A DNA stretch of 64,000 nucleotides from Mobula hypostoma (lineage: Eukaryota), in assembly GCF_963921235.1 (NCBI RefSeq), contig NC_086107.1:62186001-62250000 (forward strand), read 5' to 3'. Position numbers and translations under genes: made by a program. Below, one piece after another: positions 1-12,005 of this stretch (the first letter of the stretch is position 1; every line of letters begins with the position of its first letter). The notes below the pieces were generated by a model that made no database searches, was not told the origin of the DNA, and saw only the letters and a list, made by a program, of their open reading frames with translations.

Positions 1-910
1 ATTCATATTTGATTCTGATAAGTGAAAGTATATTACTTCTTTCCTTTCTGACTTTACAGTAAATTTAGATTGGTAGTGATGATTGTGAAGGCACGTGTCA
101 TCAAATTTAAATAATCCTTCAAAAGAAAGCACTGTTGTGTAGGTTTTTGATGAATAATTCAAAAGCAACAGAGATCTGACATATGATAAGACCTTTCTCT
201 CATCATGCAGCATTATGGTCTGGGCAATTCCTAGAAATACCATTTTTTGTGTGGCTTTGCATACCTAAATGATGCTCTGTCATGAGTGACCCGAACTTTC
301 CTCTCTTACACTTGAGGCTTCAAAAGATCATAAATGTTTATGAGACTCCAGTGAAATGGGATCTTCGTGGAGCCGAAGTGATTACAATGTTGTAAAATGC
401 ATTGCTGAAGTGTACACACTAAGGCAGGGTGTCACACTGACCTTTAATGACCCACTTCCCACTTTGCCTCAGAAGGTCATACTTGTACAAGAGTGGGACA
501 AAACAGAAAGATTACTGATTAAAAGGAAACACATTAACCTCTTGAACTGATTGCAGACCACCCATTATATGTTAATGAGGACTATTCATGGGAATCATGT
601 CAGAATTGGAATAAATGCATGCTAATGTATTCTTATTAGTTTCCGCTGTTCCTCGCTTCTGCGTAGGGCAATGCTATCAAGAGCTCTTGAATGAGGTTCA
701 GCATGTCAGCAATGTAAGAAGAGATGTGTCAGGGCACAAATTAAGACAATACAGCTTTACCTTTCAGCTAATAGCACTGAGTCAAAACATACCAATGTAT
801 TGGTGGTTCTCGTTCTTCAATGGCAGATTCATGGAGCTAGTTTTAAACTATTCAGTGCTGTGCTCTGCTGCCTCTTGGCTAGCTCCATACCTCTTTTGAT
901 GCCCATGATC

Positions 911-1880
911 AAAGTTCAAAGTAAATTTATTATCACCATATACAACCCAGAGATTATTTTTCTTGTGGGCATACTCAATAAATCTAATAACCATAATAGA
1001 ATCAATGAAAGACCACACCAACAGGGCAGACAACCAATGTGCAAAAGATAATACACTGTGCAAATACAAAAAGAAAGAAGAAAAGAAATAATTAATAAAT
1101 AAACAAACAAACAAATAAATAAATAAACAATAACTATTGATAACATTACATGAAGAGTTCTTGAAAGTGAGTCTGTAGTTGTGGGAAAATTTCAGTGATG
1201 GGGCAAGTGAAGTTGGGTGAAGTTATGTCCTTTGGTTCAAGAGCCTTATGGTTGCGGGGTAATAAGTGTTCCTGAAACTGGTGATGCGAGTCCTGAGGCT
1301 CCAGTATCTTCTTCCTGATGGCAGCAGCAGGAAGAGAGCTTGACCTGGGTGGCGGGAGTCCCTAGTGATGAATGCTGCTTTTCTGAGACGATGGTCTGTG
1401 TAGATGTGGTCAATGGTGGGAAGGTCTTTAGGCAAGTTGAACAAGGCCATATCCACTACTTTTATTAGGAATTTGAATTTCTATTGAAGAGCATTGGTGT
1501 TTCCATACCAAGCTGTGATGCAGTCAATATACTCTGCATCACACCTCCATAGAAGTTAGTCAAAGTCTTAGGTGTCTTGTTGAATCTTCACAAACTCCTA
1601 AGGAAGAAGAGCCGCTGACGTGCTTGGCCCAGGACAGGTCCACTGCAATAACACTGAGGAATTTAAAGTTGCTGATCCTCTCTACCTCTGATCCCCCAAT
1701 GAGGCCTGGCTCATGGACCACCTGGTTTCCTCTCCCGAAGTCAATAATCATCTCCTTGGTCTTACTGACAATGAGTGAGAGGTTGTTGCTGTGGCACCAC
1801 TCTGCCAGATTTTGAGTTTCCCTCTATGTACTGATTTGTCACTGGCTTTGATTCTGCCTATGACAGTGCTGTCATCAGCA
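911..1880 (-). mobile_element. Rex1/Babar-like LINE 3' fragment (decayed)
   Basis: Minus-strand frame RDSRHPGQALFLLLPSGRRYWSLRTRITSFRNTYYPATIRLLN is the typical C-terminus of this RT family; ERISNFKFL lies upstream; (TTTGAAC)-type tail near 911. Confidence 0.85.
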
Positions 1881-1949
1881 CTGTATATAATATGCATTTA
1901 ATCAAGCAGCCATTTAAGCGACCACATGTGTACAAAACAAAAACACACA

Positions 1950-2220
1950 TTGTGGCACAGTAGGACAGCTTGGAAAGCTGCTGCCTCACAGCCTTACTGA
2001 TTTGGGTTCAATCCTGATCGCGGGTGCTGCTACATGTGCTTCTTCTAGGTGATCCCATTTCCTCCCACACAGTGGTTAATTGGCCACCATATATGGCCCC
2101 TAGTGTGTAGATGAGTGAAAGAACCTGGAGGGAATAAATAGGAATGTGGGAAAATAAAATAAGATTGGAATAAAAGTAGTGTAAGTGGATGTGTGATGGT
2201 TGGCACAGAGTTAGTGACCT
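1950..2220 (+). mobile_element. tRNA-derived V-SINE-like element (decayed)
   Basis: TGGCACAGTAGG...GCTGCTGCCTCACAGC...GGGTTCAATCC (A/B-box-like head); similar to copies at 23910 and 57752. Confidence 0.65.
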
Positions 2221-2420
2221 CAAGTTCAAGTTTAATTGTCATTCAACCATGCACAAGAATACAGCCAAATGAAACACTGATCCTCTGGGGCCAAGGTACA
2301 AAAGTCACAGAATACAGTATATAGCCTAGATAATTATGATAGCAGAAAAACAAACAGTTAACACAGAAAATATATTAAAAATAATAATAATATAGCCCAG
2401 GTCCCTGAGTGTCGTGGCCT
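2221..2420 (-). mobile_element. Retroposon 3' tail shared with copy at 7340
   Basis: ttcaagtttaattgtcattcaaccat...gaatacagccaaatga...gggccaag.tacaaaa recurs at 7348-7435. Confidence 0.65.
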
Positions 2421-3479
2421 GTAGATTGATAGTGCACTGATGTTGTCCTGGAGCCATGTTTCCACAAGATCAAGCCACAGCAGTTCCTTATCTCGCTCAA
2501 GTACAGCTACAGCCAAACACAATCCAACTTGTCATCCCGGAGAGCAGCATCGACAGAAGGGGCTAGCCTACAAACCAATACAGAATCCAATGGCACATAA
2601 CCAGCTCTGCATCTCCTTCGCCAGCGGCTGCAACAGGGACACCAACGCATGAGGGCCTTGTGTGCACATTCAACCAAGGCAATGCAACTCCCATGCTGCC
2701 AGTCTCGCCAATAAACTAGTGAATCAGACTCGCAGTTTTCCATCAGGGTCTTGTGATCACAACAAAGACATCTAAGACAATCACCCACACCATCCATTGG
2801 ATCGTGCTCCTTGCACTGCATCTGACACCTTCTTCCCTGGGAGGCTGAAACAAGCTGCAACAAGACCAGCTCCACTGCTTTTCAGCAACTCACTAGTGCA
2901 GTAGACCAACCATACTTGATGTTCTTAATATCTAGCAGTCTTGCAATCATAAAGGACAACCAACTACACCTTAGTTTATACCCAGAGAAGCTGCTGCGTT
3001 GAAGTGTACCACTATCCTACCAGAATTTCCAGTATGGAAACAAAACCTGAAGGGCTTGTCTCCATGTTCTATGACTCTATGACATGTTATTCTCTTCACC
3101 ATCTTTTAGCCAGGAGCAATTTGCTTTTAACAAGCCAATGATCATTACCTTTTAGTTTTGAAAGTGACAATTAATTTTGTCCTGCAATATTGTAGAAGTT
3201 TCCTCATGATGTACAAGCCTTGGAGTTACCAGGATTATTATTTTTCCCTCCAAGATAAAGAAGTAGATTTTATCACGATGCTATTTAACTTCTAGTATTT
3301 CCTCACTCAGAAACTTTAAACTGATCCCATCCTCCACTATACAGCCTTCGAAGTACCACTTCTTTCTACTTTTAAGGTCGACCAATATCTGTACCACCTA
3401 CCCTTTCGGGCTATTTGTTGTATTCTCTTTCATGCAGAAAAATACCAAGTACTCATTTGCACTACCATCCACACCCACA

Positions 3480-3483
<4 letters not shown>

Positions 3484-3517
<34 letters not shown>
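3484..3517. repeat. (CA)n microsatellite
   Basis: Pure CA run preceded by CACCCA units. Confidence 0.97.
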
Positions 3518-3520
<3 letters not shown>

Positions 3521-3689
3521 ATCCTTTCATGGTCCCTAATAGGTACGGCCCATTCTTTGACAACCCTTTGTGTTCTTTGTACAATTTTGAGTACATACTT
3601 CAGTGTTCCATTCCATGTGTCTTGCTCATCTTTTATGACTTTGTAGCACTCATTTTGCTGAGGTGTGGGAACAGGAACATCACCCTGTC

Positions 3690-4200
3690 AACCTTACTTC
3701 AGCATTTGATTGGTATTCACAGCCTAAAGAGAAAATGAACATTAGATTTCCAATTCTCTTTGCTTGAAAACCCATCTGAATTCTTGTTCTAGAATCCCCC
3801 ACCAGGGGGAAGAATTTCTCCTCATTCAATTCCATTATTATCTGAAATACCTCAATTAGATCACGTCTCAGCCTCTCAATCAGAAAACAGTAGGCTCGCT
3901 GTCCAAGCTTGGTTATCATTCTGGTCAATCTAGCTCCACTGATGGGATCAAGGCCAGCTTTGTATTAGTCACTCTGATTATGTTTTGTAACCACCCAGAT
4001 GCTCATAGTGATTTTTGTATGTGAACATCAATATCCATTGGCTCCTCCACAATTCCTGGTCTATCAACATTTAGAGAAAAAGTCTGTATTGTCTTTCTTA
4101 GATTCGCTGTAGATACTGATTGTTTTATCTTGCCAGTGCTTTGTTTGTTTTCCAGCTATAGCTACCCACTTTCATGTCTTACCCAGCCAATTCCTTATAT
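3690..4200 (-). mobile_element. Old CR1 LINE 3' fragment
   Basis: Minus frame ERLRRDLIEVFQIIM...FFPLVGDSRTR matches the CR1 ORF2 C-terminus. Confidence 0.75.
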
Positions 4201-4848
4201 CCTTTTATATGGAATTGCATTTTCATTATCAGCATGGTAAAGTGTTTTGTCTTTTAAATAAAAAAGGGACTGCCAGGAAATTGGATTTCACCCATCTTTG
4301 CTAAGTGGATGCTGCATTTCACCCGAAAAGGACCCACACAAAAAAAACCTGCAAAATTGATTATGTGCACCTTTGAAGAATTGTTAGGGTGGGCTGCATA
4401 TTTTTCCCTTTGTTCAATTGCAGCCTGTGTGATTCTCAACAGCAGCTGCATACGGTGCCTGCAGCTGCTCTTCATTCCCAGACTGACTGCTGGGAAGCGA
4501 TCAGTGGCTTCAAGTACATTTTCCACAGCAGTCACAATACAGTAGCCGAAGGCTGCGAGCCACAGCAGTTGTGCCTGTGCATCCTATGTCAGATATGGGA
4601 ATGTAATACAGGAAGAAATTGGAAGCACTGACCACTGTGCATGTAGGGTTATAGGCATACACCTCAAATCTACTGCTCTGCTCGGCACAGTCAGGGGGCA
4701 GGATACCAGTTTCTCAGGAGAGACACCGTAGCTTACTACTACCTGGTGACTAAGTGAGAGTTTTGTCCCTTGTTGATCATTAAGGGAAAAACACATTTTT
4801 GTGCCGATACAATCAATATAGAGGAAGTGAGCATCCTGTGCACTAAAC

Positions 4849-5023
4849 GCAAACACGAGGAAATCTGCAGATGCTGGAATTTCAAGCAACACACATTAAA
4901 GTTGCTGGTGAACGTAGCAGGCCAGGCAGCATCTATGGGAAGAGTGGGTAGGAGTGGGTCGACTGTACCTCTTCCTATAGATGCTGCCTGGCCTGCTGCG
5001 TTCACCAGCAACTTTTATGTGTG
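4849..5023. mobile_element. Penelope-like element terminus, fold-back (young subfamily), with TSD
   Basis: Inverted arms about 4890-4945 and 4968-5023; 16-bp TSD ATCC(T/A)GTGCACTAAAC at 4833-4848 and 5024-5039. Confidence 0.85.
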
Positions 5024-5246
5024 ATCCAGTGCACTAAACTCATCAAATGGTTAAATGGCCCTAAAGAAATGATATCCACCTGTGGGGGAATCCGTCCTCC
5101 ACTTTTCTAATGGGCAGGACTTCAAAGAGAAATAGCCACTTGCCTCAAAACACAACTCAAGTGATCTTATCTGCATTTTATGTATAAAGAACAAGAGTAA
5201 ATGATTCAATTTCAATATTCAACAAGGAACAACAGAATCATTATAT

Positions 5247-5466
5247 ACATCAAAGTTGCTGGTGAACGCAGCAGGCCAAGCAGCATCTATAGGAAGAGGT
5301 GCAGTCGACGTTTCAGGCCGAGACCCTTCGTCAGGACTAACTCTCGGCCTGAAACGTCGACTGCACCTCTTCCTACAGATGCTGCCTGGCCTGCTGCGTT
5401 CACCAGCAACTTTGATGTATGTTGCTTGAATTACCAGCATCTGCAGAATTCCTGTTGTTTGCGTTT
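5247..5466. mobile_element. Penelope-like element terminus, fold-back (young subfamily), with TSD
   Basis: Near-perfect inverted arms about 5247-5323 and 5343-5419; 13-bp TSD AGAATCATTATAT at 5234-5246 and 5467-5479. Confidence 0.88.
5303..5338 (-). ncRNA. Minimal type I hammerhead ribozyme motif (intact core)
   Basis: Minus strand reads AGUC-CUGACGA-A-GGGU(CUCG)GCCU-GAAA-CGUC-GACU: stem I AGUC/GACU, core CUGANGA/GAAA, cleavage triplet GUC, palindromic ACGU helix III. Confidence 0.8.
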
Positions 5467-5599
5467 AGAATCATTATATGTCTTAATTAACATAATTTAG
5501 AGCCTGATAGCTATAAGATATTTAGTAGAAAGGTCAGGTAATGATTCTTATGCTTAAATTGAAGCTGTAAGCAGGGTAGGAGTGGATAGAGAATTAAAA

Positions 5600-6010
5600 T
5601 GATGGAAGCCAAGAAATTTGGAGTAACATCACAGGTGAATGGTGGTACCCTGCAAAGCAGTCTCCCAATTTATAGCTTGTTTCCTCCATGTAGGGGAGAT
5701 CACATCATGAGCATCAGGAAAGGAGTGTTTTGGGTTTAGATGATTAAAATGGCAAATTTTACACCCCCCATGGCTGAGCAGAATGGTGTTATGGGAAGAG
5801 GTGGGACTGCATGAAGAGTGGACCAAGGTAGGGCGGGGTGAACATTGCTTTTGGAATGCAGAAAGTTGAGTGTAGGGTCAGATGTGTTTGGTGGTGGTGT
5901 TGTGCTCACTGTTCAACTGCCCAGGAAGATCCATTGAATGTGGAAGCTCATGGTGGTGGGAGATGAGAACAAGACGAACACTATTGCTAGAGGGAAACAG
6001 GTGAGAGCAG
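5600..6010 (-). mobile_element. Decayed Penelope-like ORF: linker plus GIY-YIG endonuclease
   Basis: Minus-strand relics LVHSSCSPT...GCKICHF and CS*CDLPYMEETSYKLGDCFAGYH resemble the PLE pattern CxxC.LYIGETxRxLxDRFxEH. Confidence 0.7.
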
Positions 6011-7339
6011 ATTTGCAGGACTAGAAACAGGATTTACTGATCTCTAAGCTCAATTTTCTGCTGATAATACTGCATCTGCTTCTTCTTACTCCAAGTCCTG
6101 AACTTGTGAAGACCAGGGCAAAACTTGGTGCCAGCAGCCCGCTGCGTGTAAGTTGTGATGAGTAAGTCCGGTGTCCAAAATGATGAAGCCCAGCGGAATG
6201 ATTCACTTTGATCATATCAGTGGGCCAGAACAAGACCAGCCTACAAAATGACTGGAGAAACGTGCCAGTTGTCCCAACTATCAAGGACTGGAGTAGAGTA
6301 CTTGACCTACATGCAAAAGCTTTAAATTCAAATAAATAATGAAGTATTTAAAATTGGTTACTAAATTACAACATTTAAATACTTAAAACACTATCAAACA
6401 TTTGAAAACATTAAAGCAAATTTATTCAATTAAAATTGTTTATCTTATCCTTAGCATTCTTCCCTGCAGCTGTTCTTCTCCAGTCAAATGAATGGGCTTG
6501 GAAGGCTTAAATGAAGCAGGTTCAGTGGCAAATTCTCCGGAATCAGGGTAGGGAAATCCGCTAAGCATGAGTCCTGTCACGGGGCTCTCAATATCTGGAG
6601 TGCAGCCAGGAAATCACACGCAGAGCATAGCTGCCGCGTTGAGAAGTTCTGTGTTTGCACACAGGTTTCAGAGATGCTAATGTATAAGGTAGGTAAATGC
6701 TTCAATATTATCATGGAAGTGCTGCCATTTTCCATCAAGTTCAGGCACAGACTTTCTCCATCTGCCTTCCAAAAATTATTTATTTAAAAAAATCTCTTAT
6801 TACATTTCCTTTGTGTCCCAAGCCTTTCTTGTAATTCTAACCTCATACTGGTAGGAGGTTTGTAGGTAGAATGTTGTAAAGATCATTGGCAGTGTGATTT
6901 AAAACTTAATTTTTTTGGTGAAAACTGATGACTTACTGTAAAAACACCTCCAACCTATGGTCAAGGAGGCAATCAGCAATGATTGTTGTCTCTTACATTA
7001 AACAGGCAGCAATGAGTCTCACTCAAAACTGCTCGTTTTGCATCTCAATTCTCAGTGAATTCACTGAAACTACATTTTTTTGCCAGAATAACACAAAGCC
7101 ATGAATGTTGGCAGGTGTGTCAACTTGATACATGTCTCTGGGGATTCCGTTTCTCATCTTCTCCAATGTGCAAGTATGCACAGGTTACTGCTCTTTCTTA
7201 GTTATCTCATTCTCACTAGGTCACTCTCTTTTCCCTCTTCCCTCTCAGTCTCTCTCACATGCAACAATGCACACTGGTTACAAGGACAATGACCATTTTT
7301 CTTTCCAATGTTATGTCGCAGAGGCATGTTTAAAAAATT

Positions 7340-7760
7340 CAATTCAATTCAAGTTTAATTGTCATTCAACCATACATAAATACGCATGAATACAGCCAAA
7401 TGAGACAGCATTACTTCGGGGCCAAGATACAAAACATAGTACCAACAGTCATACACAGCACAAAGCACATAAAGCATGTATAAGATAGAAAGATACAGCC
7501 TCACAATAAAAGAATCCAAACTTGAGCCATCCAATGCTGCAGAAAATCTGCAGTTGATCACAATACAGCTTGTCTTCTGCCAAACGAATACTGGGTGGGG
7601 GGGGGGAGCACCGACTCCAGTCTGGATGCCATACCACACCGCCCCCTGCTCGGGCGTACCAGTGCTGATGCCTCTCTCCAGGCAGTTGTAAAGAGGCGAC
7701 ACTGCAGCTTGAGGCCTAGACCTCACACATACAAGATAGCAAAAACAAACAGGATATCAG
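7340..7760 (-). mobile_element. Retroposon 3' end (same tail family as 2221)
   Basis: (AATTC)n tail plus a shared ~90 bp with 2221-2305; body unclassified. Confidence 0.6.
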
Positions 7761-8059
7761 TAAAATGCAACCACGCAAAGTATGTATCTACATAGTCCAA
7801 ACCCGGATCTATTGAAATCTTCAGGCAACCACAATAGAACAAGGGGCCCTTCTCAATGAGGATAGCGCTTGGAGTGGTAGTTCACACATTCACTACGCAT
7901 CCTACATTACTTTGATTATCAGCAAAATAATATATGCATAAGACAGTGAACAATTTCAAATTGCTGTCTGGGTGCCTAAGGGGAAAACAGTTTGTTCTCC
8001 TTGCAGTATTTTACCACTAATTTTGCTTCTGCCTTAAAATAATCCATGATAAACAAAGA

Positions 8060-9250
8060 AATGGATTTTATCATAGGTAGGTGTGGAGTAATGCAGTTTG
8101 GACATTTAAACTAGGGTAGGACCTATACAGTGACTGGCAGGGCACTGCCGTGCATTATAGAACAAAGGGATCTGAGACTACCAGTCATAGAGACAAAAGG
8201 TGCTGATTATCTTGAGCAACGCACACACAAAATACTGTAGGAACTCAGCAAGTCAGGTACCATCTACGGAGGAGAATAGGCAGTCGACATTTCTGGCTGA
8301 GACTCTTCATCAGGACTCATGATGATCCTAACGAAGGGTCTCCACCCAAAATGTCCACTGCTTATTCCCTTTCATTGATACTGCCTGACTTGCTGAGCTC
8401 CTCCAGCATTTTATATATGTTGCTTGGGAGTACAAGTATACAATTTGCTGAAAGCAGCCATGAAAGTAGCTGGGTGGTGAAGAAGTCATTTAGCATTCTG
8501 CCCTTCATCAGTCAAGGCTTTGAGTTTAGGAGTGGAGACATTATAAAAGTCATTGATGACATCACACTTGGAGTATTGTGTACAGTTTTGGTCACACTGT
8601 TAGAAAAAAGACATTGTCAAGCTGTCATTGTTTTAATAAGACCATAAAACAGAGGAGCACAATTAGTCCATTCAGCCCATCGACTCTGTTCCACCATTCA
8701 ACTGATTTATTTTCCATCTCAACCCATTCTCCTGCCTTTGATGCCCTGACTAATCAAGAACATATCAAACTCTGCTTCAAAAATACCCAATGGCTTGGCC
8801 TCCATAGCCATCCGACTGAAGTATAGGGAGAGGCAAAGCCAGATCTTTATTCCTTGGAGAGTAGAGAATGAGAAGTGACCTCAAAGCAGTTTATAACTTC
8901 ATAATGGGTATGGATAAGGTGGATGGTTATAGTCTTTTTCCCAGGGTTGGGGAGTCTGAAACTATAGGGAACAGATGCAAGATAAGCAGTGAAAGATTTG
9001 AAAGAAACATGAAAGGTAACTTCTTTATACAGACAGTAACAAGTACCTAGAATGCCAGAGGAAGTGTTTGAGGTAGGTGTAATTGTAACTTTAAAAGACA
9101 TTTGGATAGGTTCATAGAGGGCAAAGGCTTGGAGGGTTATGGGCCTAACACCAGCAGCTAGGACTAGGATGGAAGATGCTGTGGTTGGCATAGACCGGTC
9201 AGGACAAAGGGCCTGTTTCCATACTGTCTGCTGTATGACACTATGACTGG
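8060..9250 (+). mobile_element. Old CR1 LINE 3' part, interrupted by a PLE palindrome and an opposite-strand CR1 3' end (about 8636-8815)
   Basis: MRSDLKAVYNFIMGMDKVD...LFPRVGESETIGNRCKI...MKGNFF (CR1 C-terminus); tail gggcctgtttcc...(tatgac)n. Confidence 0.8.
8211..8425. mobile_element. PLE fold-back terminus (older subfamily) with hammerhead motif on - strand at 8282-8317
   Basis: Inverted arms around 8318-8325; minus strand reads AGUC CUGAUGA A GAGUCUCAGCCA GAAA UGUC GACU (core intact, stem II eroded). Confidence 0.8.
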
Positions 9251-9339
9251 AATATGAAGAACAAAGACTTGTAGTGCAGAGGTTACAATGTTCCTAAGGT
9301 CTGTAAAGGTTGGTTCTTGAAAGACCATTTTTCTGGGCG

Positions 9340-9581
9340 GTCACTGTCCAATAACTTATCATCTGATCGGAAGTATTCTGACCACCGGAGATCATTCGGA
9401 AGCTGTGTAGCTCGGGTGGGTATTGGTCAGGTTGAGTTGTTCTCCGATTTTGGCAACTTACCAGCAAACCTTTCGTCTCCATGCGAGGAGACATCAACAG
9501 CGTCCAGATGACATCTCCTCGCATGGAGACAAAACAGTTGCAAGTAAATTGCCAGGATCAGAGACCAACTCAACACAACCA
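9340..9581. mobile_element. Second PLE-like family terminus, fold-back, with a distinct hammerhead-like motif
   Basis: Inverted arms about 9424-9500 and 9505-9581; stem II GUCUCC(UCGCAU)GGAGAC followed by GAAA; related copy at 11481-11551. Confidence 0.65.
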
Positions 9582-11480
9582 TTTAGACAATGACCATGGG
9601 AAGGATGGGCAATTCTCAATAACCAGCAAATCCAACAGCACAGAATCAGTCCATTTGTCCCATTGCACCTTTGCTAACTCACAGCAGAACCCTATATCAT
9701 AGTACTGAAATTTTGTTTATGGGTACATATCCATTAGCTTCCACAAGAAACGACTGAATTTGTTTTCATCATCTTTTAAGGGAATTTTTTTTTCAAATTA
9801 TAGCAATTGACCTCAGTAAAAACAATTTCTCCCCTTTGCTATATTCTCTTCCACCATTTGGAACCATTCTTCCTTCTTTCATTTTATCGAACATTTGTCT
9901 CTGAACCAGGAGCCTTCAGATCTGCAGTTCATCCACTGGGTTCAACCCATACACGAGATTTCTTATCTGTCAGATTGACACACTAGATCAATCATCCCTG
10001 GCGGGGGTGGGTTCGGGGGTAGGGAATGCACAATTCATTTTTGTGCCAGCAGGCCTTTTAAAGTGCTGAAAATACACTGACCACTGCTGATACTTAAATC
10101 CATTAAAAGCAAGAGATTACATTCCTGAAGCCAGATCCCAGCAGGGTGGGTAAGTGAGGGGGGAGGGATTTCTGGAATATCTTTGGCCCCAGCCCTGGTT
10201 ATCAGATTAGTTCAATTTTGGCTAGGGGGCAGCCATTCACTTTCATGGTTTCAGTATGCCAGGAAGAAGTCCATGGCCCGGTGCCTGTTTGTGGGCCTGG
10301 TAATTTTAATTAACTGGCAATTATAGAAGTCCTGTTTCACATCCCCACCCCAGCCCAGCCTATCTACAGGAAATGCTTTAGTTCAAGCAGGCTAGCCGCC
10401 CAGATCAGCCAAAACAAAGGCAGCATCCAAGACTCACTTCTCAAATGGGTTTAAAACTCAACATATTGCCATGTTAATCTGCAATAGCCTGATAGTGAGG
10501 CATGTGTAGGATACCTGGCTAAGGGATGACAGGCACCCATACTGGAATGCTCTGTATGTGGAGGAAAGCAAACAGCAGTTTGGCACAAGAAGCATGGGAG
10601 GGAGAGAGGAGATATTTTCACTGGCTGGAGTTCAGTTGACCCAGAACCATTGTGACCCTCAAATGATGTAGATTGGATGTTTTTTTCTCTCTCTGTTAAA
10701 GCCAGTTTGCTAGTGAGCTCTACTGTTCAGTCCTGACGAGATTGCTAATGATTGTAAGAAGTTACCCAACTATTCTGAGGCCGAGGCTGGGCTCTAATCC
10801 TGTCCTTGGAGATGTCAGTGGAGTAGAACCAGTGTGATCCAGAGTCTCCCTTTCACCTGAACTTTGTGTGGGCAAAGGAAGGGGTTGGGAGCTTTAGGGT
10901 ACAGGGATAGACTTGTTAATCCTGCACAGTCTCCCGGGATTCTTGAGCAATTATATAAAGAATTAAGAACAAAAAATACATAGGGGCATTAAAAGAGTCT
11001 TATCTTCCATTTTTTAAATACTAGTGTCAATCACAGGAAGAGTAAAATAGGTCAATGAAAAAAAAGGCTACTTACAGGAGTTGAAGGTGAATGTCATTGG
11101 CAAATGTGTCCAGTTATTAAGAAATAGATAATTTAGAAGGAACACACTTGTCTATTCTTATCTTTCCTTCCCCTTCATTCAGATACCTTGATCTTTGGCT
11201 AAAAAATAACATCCTACAGAAACTTCTTGGTATCATCACTGGTTGCTTGTTTTACTTTACTCCAGCTGAACTGTAAACACATTCACTTTTAATTACTTTG
11301 ACTATTATGTCGCAAGAATATTACCTAATGTCATACAACAGGCATTTTGGCACACAATGTCCATCATCTCCATTTCTACTAATCCCATATTATTCATGCC
11401 ACACTCCAATCAGCAGCCCTCACCTCAGATTCCACCATTCACTACAAACACAGGGGGGAAATTGCAGAGGGTAAATTTAC

Positions 11481-11551
11481 AATGTCTCCTCGCGTGGTGA
11501 TGAAACGTTTGCAAGTAAATTGCCAAGATCAGAGAACAACTCAACCTAACC
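11481..11551 (+). mobile_element. Fragment of the second PLE-like family, inside a decayed minus-strand SINE
   Basis: atgtctcctcgcgtggtgatgaaacgtttgcaagtaaattgccaagatcagagaacaactcaacc matches 9510-9578. Confidence 0.7.
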
Positions 11552-11621
11552 GGTCACAGAGGGAATGTGTAAGCTCCACACCCAACAGCTCAAGATGGTG
11601 CAATCGATCTTGAGTTGCTAG

Positions 11622-12005
11622 AAGTCAAGTCAAGTTTATTGTCATTTAACTATATATATATGTATACTGTCAAACGAGACAATGTTTCTCCGAACCAGGG
11701 TGTAAAGCACAGTACTACATATAACGCACATATAACACACAATAACTTATGAAAGTAAGGATAAAATCTACAGAGGAATTACGCGTAAATAAACAAACTA
11801 AAGTGCACAAATGACATGTTGTAAGGTACAGAACAAGTTAACCAGTGACACTTGGAATGGGATGGGGCAGGGAGTTCAGAAGCCTAGAGGCCCGAGGGAA
11901 GAAATTGTTTCCCACACTGACCGGTCTTGTTTTTATGCAGCAGAGTCTCGTGCTTGATGGTAGAAAGCCAAAGAGGATGCTGGATGGATGGGTGTGATCC
12001 TGATA
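11622..12005 (-). mobile_element. Rex1/Babar-like LINE 3' end
   Basis: QDHTHPSSILFGFLPSSTRL...NNFFPRASRLLN; (AAGTC)n tail on + strand. Confidence 0.8.

Noticed and set aside
4849-5466. CRISPR-like array or miRNA hairpins
   Set aside because: Eukaryotic DNA; the repeats are dispersed TSD-flanked retroelement termini, not regularly spaced repeat-spacer units, and nothing indicates precise miRNA processing.
10727-10745. Lone AGTCCTGACGAG resembling a hammerhead 5' core
   Set aside because: No stem II/GAAA/GUC or PLE flanks follow.
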